IMG/VR virus record: IMGVR_UViG_2534681697_000013
Direction: 5' to 3' (one strand)
DNA length: 20,597 nt
From: a virus
Taxonomy: Duplodnaviria; Heunggongvirae; Uroviricota; Caudoviricetes
In this document: one piece after another, positions 17,635-20,597 of the stretch
How positions within the stretch are numbered: position 1 is the first letter of the stretch
Layout of the letters: every line of letters starts with the position of its first letter
Position numbers and translations under genes: made by a program
The notes under the pieces: generated by a model
Told to the model about the DNA's origin: nothing
Databases searched by the model: none
The model's input: the letters and a program-made list of their open reading frames with translations, nothing else

Positions 17635-19098
17635 TTATTTTACAGACGAGAAGTTCCAGGGCAGCAGTTCATGCACTTGGTTCGACGGCCAGTCATTGAG
17701 CTTCTCGATCACTTCGCGCAACCAGTCCTCCGGCTCCACTTCGTTCTGTTTGCAGGTGACCAGCAGACTGTAGATGATCGCCGCACTTTCTCCTCCCTTG
17801 TCTGAGCCGAAAAAGAGATAATTTTTTCTTCCAACCGCCACCGATCGTAACGCGTTTTCACCGATGTTGTTGTCTATTTCCACCCAGCCGTCACGACAGA
17901 ACTCGTTCAGCGCATTCCAGTGATTCAGGATATAGTCGAACGCCTTCGCCATCTCCGCATGTTTCGACAGCGTTTCCCTCTGCAACTGTATCCAGTCGTA
18001 CAACGACTGCATCAACTGGACGCTTCTGGCTTTTCTGACTGCAAGCCGTTCCTCTGCCGGACTGCCACGTATCTCCGCTTCTATGTCGTATAACTCTGCT
18101 ATCCGTCTGAGCGCTTCCTGAGTCATTTCTGTCGGACGGCGCACATCCTCGTCATGGATTTTTCGGCGGGCGTGGGCCAGGCACCCGGCTTCCTTCACCC
18201 GGCCCGTTTCGTACAGTACGTTATAACCTGCATAGGCATCAGCCTGCAGTACGCCCTGATACTTTGCCAGGTGGAGCTGCGGATGTTCTCCTTTGCGATC
18301 TGCCGAATACGCGAACCAGACGGCTGCCGGCAGGGATGAACCCGCATTACGATCATCCCTGACGTATACCCACAGACGACCCGTTTTCGTCTTTCCGTTC
18401 CCCGGGGCCAGTACTTTCACCGGAGTGTCATCTGCGTGCACCTTTCCTGCCTCCAGAACATAGTCATTCAGCGCTATATACAGAGGACGGAGTTTGTCTG
18501 CCATTTCTGATACCCAGCGCACCATGGTATTACGGCTCAGCTCCACGACCTGTCGCGCGTATATTTCTGACTGGCGATATAAAGGGATATGTTCCATATA
18601 TTTGCTGACCAGGATCCGTGCAAGTAACCCTGCACTGGCATAACCGCGTTCGATCGGTTTAGGGGGAAGTGGTGCCTGAACGATGACATCACACCGGCTA
18701 CAGGCCAGTTTGGGACGTATGGTTTCGATAACTTTAAAGGCGGTATTAATGATATCCAGTTGCTCTGAGATTGTTTCCCCCATTTCTTTCAGAACACCTC
18801 CACAGGCCGGGCAACTGGTTTCAGCAGGCAGAAGGCGATGTGTCTCCCGGGGAAGTTCTGCCGGCAGCGGTTTTCGTGAAGATTTTCGTCCCGGGGATTC
18901 AGGCTTACTGGCGATCGGGTTTTCTGACGGGGGACTGGTGTCAGGTGAATCTGTGACTGACGATGCATCTTCCAGAAGATTTCTGGCTGTGTTCAGCCGG
19001 TTTTCCAGTTCCGACAGTCGTTTTTCTGCCTGTCGGATCTGATTTTCAAGCTTATGACGCTTTTTCTCTGAACTCTGGCCGAACAGCATACGACGCAA
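17635..19098 (-). CDS. tnpC: IS66-family transposase TnpC, 487 aa as an uninterrupted ORF
   Basis: ...[29 protein letters not shown]..., with Cys-rich CPACGG and CSRCD motifs. The expected N-terminal about 30 codons ([31 protein letters not shown]) lie in another frame upstream. Confidence 0.88.
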   Translation of the reverse strand: MRRMLFGQSSEKKRHKLENQIRQAEKRLSELENRLNTARNLLEDASSVTDSPDTSPPSENPIASKPESPGRKSSRKPLPAELPRETHRLLPAETSCPACGGVLKEMGETISEQLDIINTAFKVIETIRPKLACSRCDVIVQAPLPPKPIERGYASAGLLARILVSKYMEHIPLYRQSEIYARQVVELSRNTMVRWVSEMADKLRPLYIALNDYVLEAGKVHADDTPVKVLAPGNGKTKTGRLWVYVRDDRNAGSSLPAAVWFAYSADRKGEHPQLHLAKYQGVLQADAYAGYNVLYETGRVKEAGCLAHARRKIHDEDVRRPTEMTQEALRRIAELYDIEAEIRGSPAEERLAVRKARSVQLMQSLYDWIQLQRETLSKHAEMAKAFDYILNHWNALNEFCRDGWVEIDNNIGENALRSVAVGRKNYLFFGSDKGGESAAIIYSLLVTCKQNEVEPEDWLREVIEKLNDWPSNQVHELLPWNFSSVK

Positions 19099-19252
19099 CC
19101 TGTCGAGTTGCGCTTTCAGCCGTTCAATTTCCTGCTCATAGCCCGCGACCTGACAGCATACTGTCCAAGCCGACTCTGTTGCTTACGCACATGGCTTTAA
19201 GCAGCTCAATATCATCGGGGAGTTCATTGTTCATTCCTTGTTTTATCACGGG

Positions 19253-19600
19253 TTATATCCGGATGCCAGGCCGTTCTGTCCGTTTGGGATGTTGCCACGC
19301 GATCCCCTCCAGTAGCATGGATAACTGAGCTGGCGTCAGGTGCACTTTCCCTTCCCGGGTCACCGGCCAGACGAAGCGGCCCCGTTCCAGGCGTTTGGCG
19401 AACAGGCATAACCCGTCACGATCGGCCCACAGTATTTTCACCATTTTGCCACTACGGCCCCGGAAGACGAAGATATGCCCGGAGAACGGGTCATCTTTCA
19501 GCGTGTTCTGCACCTTCGAAGCCAGGCCATTGAAGCCACAACGCATATCTGTGATGCCAGCGATGATCCAGATTTTGGTACCGGTCGGCAGCGTTATCAT
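19253..19600 (-). CDS. tnpB: IS66-family TnpB (Orf2), 115 aa
   Basis: ...GHIFVFRGRSGKMVKILWADRDGLCLFAKRLERGRFVWP...LTPAQLSMLLEGIAWQ... is the IS66 Orf2 pattern. Confidence 0.88.
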   Translation of the reverse strand: MITLPTGTKIWIIAGITDMRCGFNGLASKVQNTLKDDPFSGHIFVFRGRSGKMVKILWADRDGLCLFAKRLERGRFVWPVTREGKVHLTPAQLSMLLEGIAWQHPKRTERPGIRI

Positions 19601-20271
19601 CGGATACCCCCTTTCATTTCGCGGATTAGCGCCCGTAACAGTTCCGGAGTGAGAGGGTCAAACAGTTTTACCACACCTGATTTAAGATGCAGCTCGCACC
19701 GTGGGACGTTTCCGGGAGCCCCCTCAGGGCGCTCATCATGCTTGTTACGCCAGAAGGGATTTGTAACTGGTCTGGTCGGCTCCGGCGTATCAGTCAGTGC
19801 CACCGGGACAGGCATGCATTCCTGTATGTCATCATCGCTCAGTAAGCCGTCCTCGTACTGGCTTTTCCATTTAAACAGCAGGTTATTATTGATATCGTGT
19901 TCTCTGGCGATCCGGGCAACAACAGCCCCAGGCTGTAACGCCTGCTTAGCCAGACGGACCTTAAATTCACGGCTATAGCTGGTTCGCCGTTCTTTTCGCC
20001 ATGAGCCTTCTCTGATTTGAGGCTCTGTTAATTCCTTCTTTCTGTTGGCATAAAGGATGGCGTCAAGTTGAGCGAATGAAACTGAATCGGGCAATGGCCA
20101 TGCGATACCGGATGCAAGAAATCGCTGAAAAAGCGTATGTATTGTGGAATGACTGAGACCCAGACGCTGAGCGATGGCCCGGATGGTCAGTTTATCTTCA
20201 AATCTTAAACGCAGGGCATCAGGCAAATAAGAACGGAAGCAGGGAATATCTTTTGTTGTCTGGGAATTCAT
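19597..20271 (-). CDS. tnpA: IS66-family TnpA-like protein (Orf1) with an N-terminal HTH-containing extension, 224 aa; true start uncertain
   Basis: ...RRTSYSREFKVRLAKQALQPGAVVARIAREHDINNNLLFKWKSQYEDG... is the IS66 Orf1 motif; the first about 90 residues (IRAIAQRLGLSHSTIHTLF...) look like an extra HTH domain. Confidence 0.75.
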   Translation of the reverse strand: MNSQTTKDIPCFRSYLPDALRLRFEDKLTIRAIAQRLGLSHSTIHTLFQRFLASGIAWPLPDSVSFAQLDAILYANRKKELTEPQIREGSWRKERRTSYSREFKVRLAKQALQPGAVVARIAREHDINNNLLFKWKSQYEDGLLSDDDIQECMPVPVALTDTPEPTRPVTNPFWRNKHDERPEGAPGNVPRCELHLKSGVVKLFDPLTPELLRALIREMKGGIR

Positions 20272-20354
20272 CGTTCGTGTCCATCAATATAGATGGGCGC
20301 GATTGTTGCCAGACAGGACAATTTTCACAAGACGTCGCTGATGGGGCGCTTACT

Positions 20355-20597
20355 TTACAGGTGTACTTCATCAATGTCTAACAATGACTTTTGAAGCACT
20401 TCAAAGACTGAACTATGGTCAAAGTCTTTGTTTTCTCGTGCAACTGAAATACCAGAGAAAGATTTACCATTCAATAAGCGTATAGTTATTTCTTGCTTGT
20501 AGTAGTCAAAAATCATCTCTTTGATAAATGACTTTATGGCAAGTTGTAGTTTGATACGTCCCTCTACAGTTTTCCGGTCACTGTCTTGGATATCATT
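20355..20597 (-). CDS. Hypothetical protein, C-terminal 80 codons (5' end outside window), low-GC DNA
   Basis: Minus-strand frame open from the window edge: ...NDIQDSDRKTVEGRIKLQLAIKSFIKEMIFDYYKQEITIRLLNGKSFSGISVARENKDFDHSSVFEVLQKSLLDIDEVHL*; stop lies 1 nt from the IS end. No start or Shine-Dalgarno is visible in the window. Confidence 0.35.
   Translation of the reverse strand, partial: NDIQDSDRKTVEGRIKLQLAIKSFIKEMIFDYYKQEITIRLLNGKSFSGISVARENKDFDHSSVFEVLQKSLLDIDEVHL

Larger units (their letters stand above)
17604..20353 (-). mobile_element. IS66-family insertion sequence, about 2.75 kb
   Basis: Terminal sequences GTAAGCGCTCCGAG... (left) and the inverted ...GGGGCGCTTAC (right, ending 20353) enclose three minus-strand transposase genes; flanking octamers differ, so no target duplication is seen. 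Confidence 0.85.

Overview
The window is a remnant of a lambda-like prophage head region (nu1', A, W, B, C/nu3, D, E, FI') whose portal gene B is split by a ~10.9-kb integrative, phage-satellite-like element at 3247..14145. All calls rest on reading the sequence and recalled protein families; no database search was run, and coordinates of non-coding features are good to a few bp. The element carries a tyrosine integrase, an AlpA-type regulator, a Bro-N protein, a divergent promoter/operator switch, a small-ORF operon ending in a P4-type primase-helicase, an iteron origin, an SSB-like gene, a gpE-like capsid gene broken by two frameshifts, an intact gpD-like decoration gene, a second AlpA-type gene, a lambda-type cosN and a Nu1-like small terminase. 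Both junctions share the 8-bp core AAGGCGAT, and precise excision would rebuild a 1602-nt portal ORF. The prophage itself is decayed: in-frame TAG in nu1, frameshifted D, and FI cut at codon 3 by an IS66-family element, beyond which lies unrelated AT-rich DNA. Whether this arrangement is previously undescribed cannot be judged from the sequence alone.
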